From: Promethearchaeia archaeon
Lineage (GTDB): Archaea; Asgardarchaeota; Lokiarchaeia; Sigyniarchaeales; SOKP01
Direction of reading: 5' to 3'
Length of the DNA: 64,000 nucleotides
Assembly (NCBI GenBank): GCA_029856045.1
Contig: JAHQWG010000047.1
Coordinates: forward strand, 96,001 to 160,000
Position 1 is the stretch's first letter, and every line of letters begins with the position of its first letter. The notes beneath the pieces were generated by a model that ran no database searches, was not told the DNA's origin, and saw only the letters and a program-made list of their open reading frames with translations. A program made the position numbers and the translations under genes. Below are positions 28,961-39,935 of the stretch, in pieces.

Positions 28961-29656
28961 ATGAGCAGCATTAAAGAATTATTCGGAATTAATTTTAATT
29001 ATCTGTATGAAACAATAGCTGTAACTCTTGCAAAATTAGAGAAGGAAAAAAAAATTATTCCCAATTCTGCTTGTATGGGCGTTAAATTCCTTGATAATAA
29101 CACATTTCAAATGACTCCATATCTTGAGACAGATACATATAAGAATTTGATTAAAAGTCCATATGTTTCAATCAATTTTGTTGATAATATTTATTTTTAT
29201 GCACTTGCCGCTTTATTGGGTGAGAATTCAGGTCACACTGAAAGAGAATTTCCAGATTCCTATTATGATTCAAAAGATGAAATTCCTTACTTAAAGGAAT
29301 CGTGGGGGGTAATTTTTGGAGAGTTGGATGAGCATAAAATAATAACTAAAGCCACTCATCTTGGGGAAAATAATGTTCTTCAAGCTAATTTTAAATTTTT
29401 TGATTTCATTAAGAGAAGAGAATCATTTCATCTTAAAAATAGGGCTGAAAATCTTGCTCTTGAATCAATTATTCTCACAACGAGGTTAAGGATTGCAATT
29501 AAAAAAGAAAACAGAGAAATGTATGAAAAAATCTATGATAGGATCTTATATTACAGGGAACAAATTGATCAATTTTCTAAAAATAAAAATGCGTTAAAAA
29601 CCATGAATTTTATTATGGAATATATTGATAAAAACATTAATATCTTAAAAAAATAA
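28961..29656 (+). CDS. DUF447 family protein
   Basis: YETIAVT, NSACMGV, TDTYKNL and NRA...LES...TR. Confidence 0.7.
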   Translation: MSSIKELFGINFNYLYETIAVTLAKLEKEKKIIPNSACMGVKFLDNNTFQMTPYLETDTYKNLIKSPYVSINFVDNIYFYALAALLGENSGHTEREFPDSYYDSKDEIPYLKESWGVIFGELDEHKIITKATHLGENNVLQANFKFFDFIKRRESFHLKNRAENLALESIILTTRLRIAIKKENREMYEKIYDRILYYREQIDQFSKNKNALKTMNFIMEYIDKNINILKK

Positions 29657-30199
29657 AAAATATCTGGGGGTTTTCTCCATATATATTCGATATTTTTCAC
29701 CATATTTTTCTAGACAATATCTTTCTTCTGCTAAAATTAATAGATGCAAAAATATTGCATATACTAATATTAATATAATCATAATCCAGGATAAAGAGGC
29801 AATTGCTATTCCAATAAATATAATGGAACTAGAAAAATACATTGGATTTCTTGATATTTTATAAACGCCCTCTATAACTGGTTCATCTGATGAGTGAGTG
29901 AAAAAATTTTTGTATGCAATAATCATAAAAATTATCGCTAGACAATATATAATTAGACCTATATAAAACCAGATTGTCTCCAGAGAGAGAGGAATCCAGA
30001 TACAATAAATCATAATGCCATAAAATAATATATTTGTTATTCCAGCGAATATTTTTTCCCTTTTTTTATAATATGATGTATCAGAGGCACGTTTTACAAA
30101 TTCTTTATAAAATAAATAGGGGAGAAAATTTAATAATAGAATAGGGATCACTAATATCCAGGCATTCAACAATCCAATTTCATGATTTGGAAGGTACAT
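29645..30199 (-). CDS. ICMT/PEMT-family membrane methyltransferase
   Basis: GVYKISRNPMY...EERYC...YGEKYRIY...PRY; hydrophobic. Confidence 0.82.
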   Translation of the reverse strand: MYLPNHEIGLLNAWILVIPILLLNFLPYLFYKEFVKRASDTSYYKKREKIFAGITNILFYGIMIYCIWIPLSLETIWFYIGLIIYCLAIIFMIIAYKNFFTHSSDEPVIEGVYKISRNPMYFSSSIIFIGIAIASLSWIMIILILVYAIFLHLLILAEERYCLEKYGEKYRIYMEKTPRYFLFF

Positions 30200-30335
30200 A
30201 TTTAATATTATTCTCGTCTTTAGTATTTGTAGTTAAAAATTGGGAAAATTCTACAAAAATTGAAGATTCGATTCTTGAGAAAATTCAATAATCATAATAT
30301 ATTAATTATTAAAATAATTTAAACATAGAGTGATA

Positions 30336-31577
30336 ATGAGAAAAATTGAATTAATGTGCCCCGCAAAGAATTGGAAATCTCTTAAAGCAATGCTGGGCAA
30401 TGCTGATGCTGTTTATTTCGGAATCGAAATTTTAAACATGCGAATGATGGCAGACAATTTTAAATTGGAGGAATTGCCAAGGGTTGTAAAATTTTGCCAT
30501 GAAAATAATATTCAAACGTACTTAACAACTAATATAATTATTTACGAAAATGAAATAGAAAAACTTTCGCAGGTTTTAGATGAGGCTGCAACCGCAGAAA
30601 TTGACGCAGTTATTGTCCATGATGTAGGGGCAATCGAACTAGCAAAAGAAAGAAACCTTGATTTTCATATTTCAACACAAGCAAGTATATCAAATTCGAT
30701 GTCTGCAAAATATTATGAAAGTTTAGGGGCGAATAGGCTTATACTTGCTAGAGAACTTACTCTTGAACAAATTAAAGAAATAAAACAAAAATTAGAGAGA
30801 ACTGAAATCGAGGTTTTTGTGCATGGGGCACAATGCACTTCAATATCAGGAAGATGTTACTTCTCAGCCGATGTTTTAGAATCATCTGAGTTTTCAGCTA
30901 ATAGGGGAAAGTGTATACAACCTTGTAGAAGGAGTTGGATTGTTACTGATGATACAGGAAAGAGTTTTATTTATGATGGAGTCTATTTTTTGAATACAAA
31001 GGATTTATGCATGATTGAATACATCCCACAGCTTATTGAAGCGAATATAGATGCATTTAAAATTGAAGGAAGAATGCGGGACCCTATTTATGTGGAGATA
31101 ACTTCAAAATGTTATCGGGAAGCAATTGATTCATATTATAATGGGACCTACACAGAGGAAAAGGTTGAAGATTGGTTAAAAGAACTAAAAAAAGTATATA
31201 ATAGAGGATTTTCTACGGGTTTTTATTTCGGTCAGCCTCAAGCCACTGAAATTGAACGTGAAACATCTGGAAATGTTTCAGAGTTTAGAAAAAGAGAAGT
31301 TGGTCGAGTTCTTAGTTATTTTCGAAAGAAAAAAGCGGCGAAAATTTTACTTACTTGGGGTCAATTAAAAGTGGGAGATGAGATAATTATAATGGGAATA
31401 AAAACCGATACTTATCTTCGTCAAAAAATATCATCTCTTCAAATTAAGAAAAAGATTGTAACAGAAACACCGAAGGCATCTAAAGGAAATCATATAACCG
31501 TTGGAATTTTAGTTGATTCTCCAATTAAAGAAAATGATAGAATATACATATTGGATAGATACTCATCAAATAATTAA
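30336..31577 (+). CDS. U32-family protein (TrhP-like Fe-S RNA hydroxylation protein)
   Basis: ELMCPA, ADAVYFG, HISTQ, CTSISGRC, NRGKCIQPCR and KIEGR. Confidence 0.88.
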   Translation: MRKIELMCPAKNWKSLKAMLGNADAVYFGIEILNMRMMADNFKLEELPRVVKFCHENNIQTYLTTNIIIYENEIEKLSQVLDEAATAEIDAVIVHDVGAIELAKERNLDFHISTQASISNSMSAKYYESLGANRLILARELTLEQIKEIKQKLERTEIEVFVHGAQCTSISGRCYFSADVLESSEFSANRGKCIQPCRRSWIVTDDTGKSFIYDGVYFLNTKDLCMIEYIPQLIEANIDAFKIEGRMRDPIYVEITSKCYREAIDSYYNGTYTEEKVEDWLKELKKVYNRGFSTGFYFGQPQATEIERETSGNVSEFRKREVGRVLSYFRKKKAAKILLTWGQLKVGDEIIIMGIKTDTYLRQKISSLQIKKKIVTETPKASKGNHITVGILVDSPIKENDRIYILDRYSSNN

Positions 31578-31672
31578 TAGAATTGAAGAAAATTCTATCA
31601 TATACCTATAGTATTTAATTTTTTGATTTGGAAATAAAAAGCATTATTAAATATTTGATTCTATTTGTATTT

Positions 31673-33604
31673 ATGAAAGATATTAAATATCTACTTAAAA
31701 TTATTTTTGGGACATTTTCATTAGTATCCACAGTCGGTTTGATATTCATTGGACTAATGGAGCTTTACCTTTTTAATTTGGATTTACCAGGTGCAGAAGA
31801 TGCCATTATCATCACTATGATAGGCTCGATAGTGGGATTTTTCTTAATGTGGTTTCTTGATAAAAATGAGAAATTTAAAAGCACATTTCAGCGAGTGGAA
31901 GGAAGATTCAATTTCCGATGGTTTATTATCTTGCCAATTGCATTTTCTATAAATATTATTTCGTTTCTTTATTTTTTTATCAATTCTAATATTTCACTTG
32001 AGAATATAGATAATATCATTTCAGAGCTTGCTAATGTTAAAGCGGTTGTATCCCTTATTGCTGGGTTAATATTCGGGAGCGCTTCACTCTTCGCTTACTT
32101 TGGACTCAAAAATATTAATCCGAAGATTCGCATTGAACGTCCGAAGTTTGAGATTTTCGCAGTATTTAGTACTATTTTCTTGATTTTTTCAGTAGGTTCA
32201 GGTATATTTGTTTTTACACATTTTGTTACTTTCCCTGGAGCTAGCATTCTGGGTGGTACAGGATATACAGAGGGTCCCTGGCTCACATGGCATGATAATC
32301 CAACTACAAGCATATGCATTAGCTGGTTAACTGCGGATGTAAATAATACGGTGGTTTATTATGGAACTTCTCAAGATAATCTTGATCAGCAACAAGTGGG
32401 AACTGGAAATTATCTTCATAAGGTTTTTTTAACTGCATTACTCCCTAATACTATATATTTCTATTCCATTCCAGAAAATTTTGTCACCAACCATCAATCG
32501 ACAATCTTTAATTTCACAACAGCACCATCTGTTGATCGGGCTTATAAATTTGCGGTATTTGGGGATATGCAACCGAAGAATACAATAACCAAGGAATCGA
32601 ACCGAATTTTAGTTAATGGATTATTAAGTCAGGCAGATATTGATTTTCTGATTCAAATCGGTGACATAACCGAATCGGGAGAGGATTTCGAGGATTGGCA
32701 TGATGTATTTGATAATCTTGCGCGAGTATCAGCATATTATCCTACAATGACTACAATCGGTAATCATGAATGGGGTTATATGGGGTATGCTGGTATATCC
32801 TTGGATACAGGGTCTAATTATGCTGCTCTATTTACATATCCATATGTAAATCCCAATAATGGAAGATATTATTCATATGATTATCTGAATTCTCATTTCA
32901 TTGTGCTTGATAATTTTGAGCATTTCTACTTTATGACAAATGAACAGATAAGTTGGCTTGACGAAGACCTTCAAACAGCGAGTTCAAGTGATAATACGGA
33001 TTGGATATTCGTCTCGATGCATCTTTCGATCATTTCAAGTGGATCATCTGCCGTATATTTCGAATTGCAGGAGAATTTGTTGCCGTTATTTGATAAATAT
33101 AATGTAACTGCAGTTTTCTACGGGCATGATCATATGTATGAAGCATTTAATTATACATATGGTGGAAATGGTTTAATATACAATCCTGCACATGATTGGG
33201 AACATAATGATGTACTTTACATAATGACTGGTGGTGGTGGGGCTCAACTAGAAAAAGAGTATGCAATCATGACAAGGGGGACCTCTTCATATCAACGAAC
33301 ATGGTACAATACATCTAGCGGTGTATATCAAAACAATATTTATACTCGAGGACCCTGGAATCCTTCACTCTTTTTTACAGGTGATTATTCCCCATCAGAT
33401 GGAAATCATTACTATCAGCTATCGGGTGAGGGTTGTCAAACGGATCTTGTAGATTTCGGTCATATATATTCTGAACAGACATTAGAATTTATTACCGTAA
33501 AAATTAATGGGAATCAGTGCAATATTAGTGCGCATTATCCAAACGGAGATCTTTTGATGGGACCAAATAATGATCTTCCGCAAGAATGGTTTTTAACAAA
33601 ATAA
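31673..33604 (+). CDS. Membrane-anchored purple-acid-phosphatase-like metallophosphoesterase with FN3-like domain
   Basis: About 5 N-terminal TM; GDMQ, GD, GNHE, H and GHDH motifs; ATG at 31673 (ORF open from 31628). Confidence 0.85.
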   Translation: MKDIKYLLKIIFGTFSLVSTVGLIFIGLMELYLFNLDLPGAEDAIIITMIGSIVGFFLMWFLDKNEKFKSTFQRVEGRFNFRWFIILPIAFSINIISFLYFFINSNISLENIDNIISELANVKAVVSLIAGLIFGSASLFAYFGLKNINPKIRIERPKFEIFAVFSTIFLIFSVGSGIFVFTHFVTFPGASILGGTGYTEGPWLTWHDNPTTSICISWLTADVNNTVVYYGTSQDNLDQQQVGTGNYLHKVFLTALLPNTIYFYSIPENFVTNHQSTIFNFTTAPSVDRAYKFAVFGDMQPKNTITKESNRILVNGLLSQADIDFLIQIGDITESGEDFEDWHDVFDNLARVSAYYPTMTTIGNHEWGYMGYAGISLDTGSNYAALFTYPYVNPNNGRYYSYDYLNSHFIVLDNFEHFYFMTNEQISWLDEDLQTASSSDNTDWIFVSMHLSIISSGSSAVYFELQENLLPLFDKYNVTAVFYGHDHMYEAFNYTYGGNGLIYNPAHDWEHNDVLYIMTGGGGAQLEKEYAIMTRGTSSYQRTWYNTSSGVYQNNIYTRGPWNPSLFFTGDYSPSDGNHYYQLSGEGCQTDLVDFGHIYSEQTLEFITVKINGNQCNISAHYPNGDLLMGPNNDLPQEWFLTK

Positions 33605-33678
33605 AATTAAATTCCAACCTTTTTTCTTTTTTTTTGGAATTCTAATTATTATAATATAATATCAGAATGAAGATCTTT

Positions 33679-34089
33679 TTATTTTTCCAAGACTTTTAAT
33701 TCTGAAATATACATTAAAGGATATTCCAATTCATTAATCCATTTGATTTTGGCTTTAACTTCAATATTTTTAAATTGAACTACGAGATCAGCTTCGATTG
33801 TTTTACCAGAAATTTCATCGTAATCATATTCATTTTCTTTTATGCCTTTCAAATTTTCTCTTCTGAGGTTAATTTTAACGGATTTTACATAAGGTTGGCA
33901 TGATATTGCTTGTTCTATACCATTTTCAATTGATTTAATGACATTTTCATTTGTATTAATAGGAATTCCACATAAGATATGATAAAGAGCTCCTAATTTA
34001 ATACCTGTTTCAAAAGTTGCCCTCTCTTTATCCTTGAGATCTTTTGTAAAATGAATTTCTAACTTTTCTTCAGTATTATTCTTTTTCAA
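33679..34089 (-). CDS. mptD: Archaeal dihydroneopterin aldolase
   Basis: ERATFETGIKLGALYH, QPYV and YPLMYI; overlaps mptG by 14 nt. Confidence 0.85.
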   Translation of the reverse strand: MKKNNTEEKLEIHFTKDLKDKERATFETGIKLGALYHILCGIPINTNENVIKSIENGIEQAISCQPYVKSVKINLRRENLKGIKENEYDYDEISGKTIEADLVVQFKNIEVKAKIKWINELEYPLMYISELKVLEK

Positions 34090-35086
34090 TTTTTATTTCT
34101 GCTCCAGTATTATTAGGTTTTGCAATTAAAACAGTACCTCCGACATCTTTAATGAATTCTTTACATTTAGGTTCTAAAATTTTTGCAGACTCATCATTTT
34201 CAGTAATTGCGACTACGCATGGTCCAAAAGAGGACATTCCATAAGCTTTTACTCCTTCTGCTTCTAAAAATTTCATTAATTTTTTAACAAATGGGTGTTG
34301 TAATTCTATTTCGATTTTCTTGAATCCAATTTTTTGGATTCGTTTTATTCCTTGTCCAAAACAATCTAAATCATTTTTAATTATTCCTGGTAAAACTTTC
34401 ATAATAATTTGATGTGAAACTTCATTGACTTCTTCTCGGTTAATTGGCGTATATTCTTGAAAGATATTTACTTCCTCCTGGTCATGAGCCCCTTGTTTTA
34501 CGTTAGGAATAATTATTATAAATCTCCAATTTTCGGGAATGGGGTATCTAATAAGAGTTAATGCAGGATCTGTTGATAAAGAAGCTGAAGAAGGCAGGTA
34601 AGTTGCTTTCTCTTTTTCATTACCAAAATCGTGCCCAGCATCCAAAATGAAGCCTCCTTGTTCAAAACCCCTCCATCCAATTCCAGACGTACCTCCTCTC
34701 CCAACTATTTTAGTAATCTTTTCTACGGGTAAATCTACCCCCTCTAATTTAGCTATTGCTAAACCGATTGCTAAGCTTAATTGGGTTTTTGATCCAATTC
34801 CTAAATGTTCCGGATAATATTCCTTAATTATGAAATGGTACTTTATATTTTTAACATTAAGAGCATTTGTTATAGCCTCAGTTTTTTCTTTAATGGTTGT
34901 TAAAAATCCATCATGAGGTTGATCAAATTCAATTTTTAACTCATCAGAATTATTGGAAGCCTCTATCACTATATTAGGGGATTCTAACATAAGACCAATC
35001 CCCCCATCAATTCTGCCAGTATACCCATTCTCATCAATTAAGGAGAAGTGCACTCTACACGGGGTTTTTATAGTGATTTTGATTAT
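34076..35086 (-). CDS. mptG: Beta-ribofuranosylaminobenzene 5'-phosphate (RFA-P) synthase, GHMP family; ATA/ATC start
   Basis: IKTPCRVHFSLID..GRIDGGIG; HLGIGSKTQ, GRGGTSGIG and GMSSFGP; the conserved IKTPxR lies upstream of the GTG at 35053; GGTGA SD precedes ATA 35086 / ATC 35083. Confidence 0.88.
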   Translation of the reverse strand: MIKITIKTPCRVHFSLIDENGYTGRIDGGIGLMLESPNIVIEASNNSDELKIEFDQPHDGFLTTIKEKTEAITNALNVKNIKYHFIIKEYYPEHLGIGSKTQLSLAIGLAIAKLEGVDLPVEKITKIVGRGGTSGIGWRGFEQGGFILDAGHDFGNEKEKATYLPSSASLSTDPALTLIRYPIPENWRFIIIIPNVKQGAHDQEEVNIFQEYTPINREEVNEVSHQIIMKVLPGIIKNDLDCFGQGIKRIQKIGFKKIEIELQHPFVKKLMKFLEAEGVKAYGMSSFGPCVVAITENDESAKILEPKCKEFIKDVGGTVLIAKPNNTGAEIKIEKE

Positions 35087-35180
35087 AACTTCACCAAGGC
35101 AATTGACAAAAATAAATAACTTCTATCAAATATTCTAGCATATCATTAATTTTTAAGTTTATTAAAATTGTGAAACAAAA

Positions 35181-36569
35181 ATGAGTGATTTAGAAGGTCT
35201 TACAAGAAACCTGCTTAGAAAACAAAATTCTAAAACTGAAATCATTGAAAGATTAAAGCAAGAATATCTTGATTACAAAAATATATCTCCTCAAGAGGCA
35301 GAATTATTATCAAATGCAATCTATGAGGAATGTGTAAAGAGTGATACAAATTCGATAAGAAATAAATTTATTAAAAATCTACTCGAAATTCCTACAGCTA
35401 ATGTTTCAATTGGAAAACAAGGAGTTGGATGTAGAGGTCTAGGAGATTTTTTTGTGCATAAATTAATTGCTGAGCTTTCTATTACGAAAAGTGAGGCGTT
35501 CTTGGGACCCACTTCTCTTGATGATGCTGGAGCAATTCAATTGGGGAATTATACTGATTTCAAAGGAAGAGAATTTGTCAATTCCGATGTATTTATTGTT
35601 TCAAAAATGGAAGGTATTCACTCTCGATTAAGTGATTTCCCATTTATTTGTGGATTTCATGTAACAAGGGCTGCACTTCGAGATTTATATGTTAAGGGAG
35701 CAAAACCGATTTCGATTATGGTAGATGTTCATTTAGGTGACGATGCTGATGTTGGAAAACTTTTTGATTTTATGGTTGGGATCTCAACAATTTCCGAATT
35801 AACTAATGTTCCTATAACTGCAGGATCTACTTTAAGAATTGGGGGTGATATGGTAATTGGAGATCGGCTTGTGGGGGGAATAGCTGCAGTAGGTGTTTGT
35901 AAAAGAATTTTAGCTAGACGAAATATAATTCCCGGCAATAAAATATTAATGACTGAAGGAGCCGGAGGGGGCACGATCACAACTACTGCGATTTATTCAG
36001 GTAATCATGAGGTTGTTAAAGAAACCCTTAATATTAAATTTCTAAAAGCATGTGAGAAACTGTTGTCTTCTGATTACACAGATAAGATCCATTGCATGTG
36101 TGATGTGACTAATGGAGGTTTAAGAGGAGATTTATATGAGATTAATTATGAAGCAAAATGCGGAGTATTAATTCAAGAAAAAAAAGTAAAGGAATTGGTG
36201 AATCCCAGAGTCTTAGATCTTCTAAATAAAACGGGAGTAGATTATTTAGGTGTATCGTTAGATTCACTCTTAATATATTGTGATGAAAAGATAAGCGAAA
36301 ATATAATCAATGACTTAAAGGATATTGATATTAAATGTTCTGAAATTGGTCTTGTTGATGATTCAAATGAAGTGAGATTTGCCTCTGCAGATAAAAATTT
36401 TGCAACAATTCTCCCGAGATTTAGAGAATCTGCTTATACTAAAATAAAAAAGCAGATCGGAGAAAAAACTCCTGAGGATTACAAACAAATGGAAATAATG
36501 GTCAATTCTGCTGCAAAAAAAGCTCTAAATAAAAGAAAAGAAATTCTAAATTATATTAATTCGAATTAA
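35181..36569 (+). CDS. AIR synthase-related (PurM/HypE-like) archaeal protein
   Basis: MSDLEG, GVGCRG.GDF, DDAG, HSRLS, DVTNGG and FRESAYT. Confidence 0.8.
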   Translation: MSDLEGLTRNLLRKQNSKTEIIERLKQEYLDYKNISPQEAELLSNAIYEECVKSDTNSIRNKFIKNLLEIPTANVSIGKQGVGCRGLGDFFVHKLIAELSITKSEAFLGPTSLDDAGAIQLGNYTDFKGREFVNSDVFIVSKMEGIHSRLSDFPFICGFHVTRAALRDLYVKGAKPISIMVDVHLGDDADVGKLFDFMVGISTISELTNVPITAGSTLRIGGDMVIGDRLVGGIAAVGVCKRILARRNIIPGNKILMTEGAGGGTITTTAIYSGNHEVVKETLNIKFLKACEKLLSSDYTDKIHCMCDVTNGGLRGDLYEINYEAKCGVLIQEKKVKELVNPRVLDLLNKTGVDYLGVSLDSLLIYCDEKISENIINDLKDIDIKCSEIGLVDDSNEVRFASADKNFATILPRFRESAYTKIKKQIGEKTPEDYKQMEIMVNSAAKKALNKRKEILNYINSN

Positions 36570-36586
36570 AACAAATAATTAAAATT

Positions 36587-37651
36587 TTGAACTATTTTAC
36601 TAAAAGTGACCTAATTAATAGTTTAAAAGGGTTAATAGCATACATAGAATTAAATTATAACGAAGGCACGGTTGTTGTTTCTGAATATGGTGCGCGAGTA
36701 TTAGGTATGTTTCCAAAAAAGGAATGCATTAATCTTCTATGGGTTAATCCTTTAATAAAAGATCTTATTACTAAAAACGAGTGGAATATTGGCGGTGATC
36801 GGTACTGGATTAGTCCTGAGAGGTTATTTTTCTATAAAAATCCTGAATCGTGGGAAAGTTGGTTTTGTCCTGAAGGGCTCGATCCTGCAGATTTTAAAAT
36901 AACCTCTTCTTCCAATACAAGTTGTCTTATTACTTCAGATATTTCTTTAACTAATCAATTAAATAAAAAAACTTATAATGGTAAAATAAAGCGATACATT
37001 TCATTGGTTAAGGAACCAATTAAAACTGGAGTTGCATATTGTGGGATTCAATATTTAGATGATTGTACGCTTTTCGTACCCGATCTACAAATTAATGGTT
37101 GGACTTTAACTCAGATAATATCGGGTGGTACTGAGAATCCAGGTACTGTGTTGATTCCAACTAAGAAAAATCCTAAACCTCAATCCTATTTTAGAACTAT
37201 TCCAAACGACCGTATAAAAATAATGGATACATATGTTGCGTTCAAAATTGATGTTGACGATATCTATAAACTTGCAATTCGACCAGAAGATATTGATTTA
37301 AAGCGAGCAGGAAAAATTGGTTATATATTAAAAATTCCAAATTCAGAGGATTATTGTTTTATGATTAAGATTTCTTTTGATATTCCTGATTCTCAAGAAC
37401 AATGCTTTGATATATCCAGAGATCACCCTGATGCTGAAATTGGAGTAATTCAATCCTATAACGCTGAATCTCCAGACAAAAGTAATCTAATGTTTGGTGA
37501 AATAGAACTACAATTAAACCCATTCAGAACCGTTTACCAAAAATCTCAAGGATTTGCTAAACATCAATTATTCGGATATCTTGGTACAAAAGAAGAAATT
37601 CTAAATGTTGTTGAAAAATATCTTGGAATTTTAAACCCGAAACTATTTTAA
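36587..37651 (+). CDS. DUF6786-like protein (mutarotase-like fold)
   Basis: GARVLG...LLWVN...WNIGGDRYWISPE; TTG start. Confidence 0.55.
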   Translation: MNYFTKSDLINSLKGLIAYIELNYNEGTVVVSEYGARVLGMFPKKECINLLWVNPLIKDLITKNEWNIGGDRYWISPERLFFYKNPESWESWFCPEGLDPADFKITSSSNTSCLITSDISLTNQLNKKTYNGKIKRYISLVKEPIKTGVAYCGIQYLDDCTLFVPDLQINGWTLTQIISGGTENPGTVLIPTKKNPKPQSYFRTIPNDRIKIMDTYVAFKIDVDDIYKLAIRPEDIDLKRAGKIGYILKIPNSEDYCFMIKISFDIPDSQEQCFDISRDHPDAEIGVIQSYNAESPDKSNLMFGEIELQLNPFRTVYQKSQGFAKHQLFGYLGTKEEILNVVEKYLGILNPKLF

Positions 37652-37751
37652 AATTATCACTAAGAAAATTCTGAAATCTAAAATTAATTATCAATAAGGT
37701 TTTATTGAAAATATGAAAGGAATAAAATAAATAAAATCGATTTTTTATTTT

Positions 37752-39095
37752 TTATTTTAGGAAATTATAAGCCCATAGAGTGTAAACTTTTATTGCGTTA
37801 ATAAAATCTTCAATTTCCACATTTTCATTAATGGCATGTGCTGTAGCAGCATTTCCAGGGCCAAAAAGAATTGTTTTTTCGCAATATTTACTATTACGAT
37901 AATATTGAGCATCACTTGTTGCTGGGAATAAGAAATTTATCGGCTTTTTCTTATAGATTTTTTCAACTATATTATTAAAATCTTTTAACTTTTGAGATTC
38001 ATCCCAATTTCTCCAATAAGAAGGTTCTGATTGAAGAAAAACATCCAAATAAACAAAAACCTGGTTGGGTTTTCCTTTAGGGCTATCACTAAGTTCATAG
38101 CCTAAATCAATAATTAATTTTTTTAAAGCGTTGATCACCATTTCTGAATTTTGACCAGGTAATAACCTAAAATCAATGATTGCTTCACAATGATCAGGAA
38201 CGATATTCTCTTTAACTCCTCCGTTTATCATATTCATACTATTAGTTGATTGTAATAGGGATTTCAAAATACTTTGCAATTGTGGTTGCTCGTTGTAAAT
38301 TCTCTTGAAAGTTTCTTCATTTGGGAAAGCGGAACTTAGAAGTTTTAAAAGCGCTTTTTCAGGCATTGGAGGATCTACATCAGGAATCTCTAACTTATCT
38401 AAATTTTCAATAATTTCGGACATCATATAAATAGCGTTTTTACCTTGAAATGCAATAGAACTATGACATGCAATGCCATTTGTGATAATTTTTACTTGAA
38501 CAATACCTTTTTCGCCAAGAATGATGGCTTTAGGTAATGGATTATACCCTGTAGCTTCTCCTACAATAACAAAATCACATTTAATTGATTTCATTTTGTT
38601 TTCAATAAACCATTTTGTCCCCATTTTTCCGCCAGTCTCTTCGTCTGGAACCGCATTTAATATCAAATTACCAGCAAGTTTAATATTTAATTTTTTCAAT
38701 ATTTTTAAAGTAATAATCATTGCCGCTAATCCTGACTTCATATCTGTAGTTCCGCGCCCATACATAATCTTATTTCGCTTAATAAAACCTGAAAGAGGAT
38801 CATATTTCCAATCATCCAAAGAAGAAGGAGGGACTGTATCCATATGCCCATTATAAAGGAGGTTAGGACCATCAAAATTATCATTTAAAGTGGCGATTAA
38901 ATTAGCCCGATTATCTCCAAAAGGAAAAATCTCACTTTCAATACCGGCTTCTTTCAAATATTTTTCAATCTCAACAGCCAAGTCCATTTCATTTCCAGGA
39001 GGATTATAGGTGTTAATTTGTATCAATCGTTGTAAAAAATTAATATATTCCTCTCTGTTGGACTCAATTTCATTAAGAATGGATTCTTCAGTCAT
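37752..39095 (-). CDS. M20 peptidase / ArgE-DapE family deacylase
   Basis: NGHMDTV, GRGTTDMKSG, DEE, GE and AHAINE. Confidence 0.9.
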   Translation of the reverse strand: MTEESILNEIESNREEYINFLQRLIQINTYNPPGNEMDLAVEIEKYLKEAGIESEIFPFGDNRANLIATLNDNFDGPNLLYNGHMDTVPPSSLDDWKYDPLSGFIKRNKIMYGRGTTDMKSGLAAMIITLKILKKLNIKLAGNLILNAVPDEETGGKMGTKWFIENKMKSIKCDFVIVGEATGYNPLPKAIILGEKGIVQVKIITNGIACHSSIAFQGKNAIYMMSEIIENLDKLEIPDVDPPMPEKALLKLLSSAFPNEETFKRIYNEQPQLQSILKSLLQSTNSMNMINGGVKENIVPDHCEAIIDFRLLPGQNSEMVINALKKLIIDLGYELSDSPKGKPNQVFVYLDVFLQSEPSYWRNWDESQKLKDFNNIVEKIYKKKPINFLFPATSDAQYYRNSKYCEKTILFGPGNAATAHAINENVEIEDFINAIKVYTLWAYNFLK

Positions 39096-39116
39096 AATAA
39101 AATCTATGTGATTTAT

Positions 39117-39899
39117 TTATTTTAAAATTTGAGATATAATACTACAAAATTCTTTATAGGTTTTATTATTTCTTGGTAATTCCAAGATCGATGTTCCTAT
39201 AAAATTAAATTCACTAATTTCTTCATCTTCGGGAATAAAACCTAATAGTTTAACATTTTTTTTGAGAATTTTTTTGACCTCTCCCTCTAACTGCGATTTT
39301 AATCCATCTGAAAATCTATTTCCAATAACCCAGATATTCTTAAACTCTAACGTTAATTCATCAGTGATTTCGATAATTCTATTCATTGTATGAAAGCCCA
39401 TCTTACTGGGATCAGTCACAATTACCAAATCATCCACATCTTTATCCGTTTTTCTTGCAAAATGCTCAAGTCCAGCTGGCATATCCAAAATTGTGATCGA
39501 ATAGTTTTTCGAAATATCTTCAAGAATAGTCTTTAAAATTGAGTTAATATAACAATAACATCCCTCCCCCTCGCTCCTTCCCATTACCATTAAATCAAAT
39601 TTATCCTCTTCTATTAGTGAATCATAAACTTCCGCTTCTATCATTTGATTTTTAGATATACCTGGAGGTAAAGACCTATTAGCAATTTGATGTTTTAACT
39701 CAGTAGTAATTCCACCCACCGTATCCTTAAAAGGAACCTCCTTTCCTAAAAGATCAGCAATGTTTGAATCGGGATCGGCATCAATAACCAATATCTCAAG
39801 ATCGGGATAATTATTAATGAGATATTTTAAAAAAAGAGTTGCAAGAGTGGATTTTCCAACTCCACCTTTTCCTGAAAAGCTGATTTTCTTTTTTTTCAA
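39117..39899 (-). CDS. cooC: CooC/AcsF nickel-insertion ATPase for CODH/ACS
   Basis: GKGGVGKS, IDADPD, GEGCYC (CxC) and DMPAGLEH. Confidence 0.88.
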   Translation of the reverse strand: MKKKKISFSGKGGVGKSTLATLFLKYLINNYPDLEILVIDADPDSNIADLLGKEVPFKDTVGGITTELKHQIANRSLPPGISKNQMIEAEVYDSLIEEDKFDLMVMGRSEGEGCYCYINSILKTILEDISKNYSITILDMPAGLEHFARKTDKDVDDLVIVTDPSKMGFHTMNRIIEITDELTLEFKNIWVIGNRFSDGLKSQLEGEVKKILKKNVKLLGFIPEDEEISEFNFIGTSILELPRNNKTYKEFCSIISQILK

Positions 39900-39935
39900 T
39901 TTAATTTACAAATAATAGTATTTATCAAAATTATT

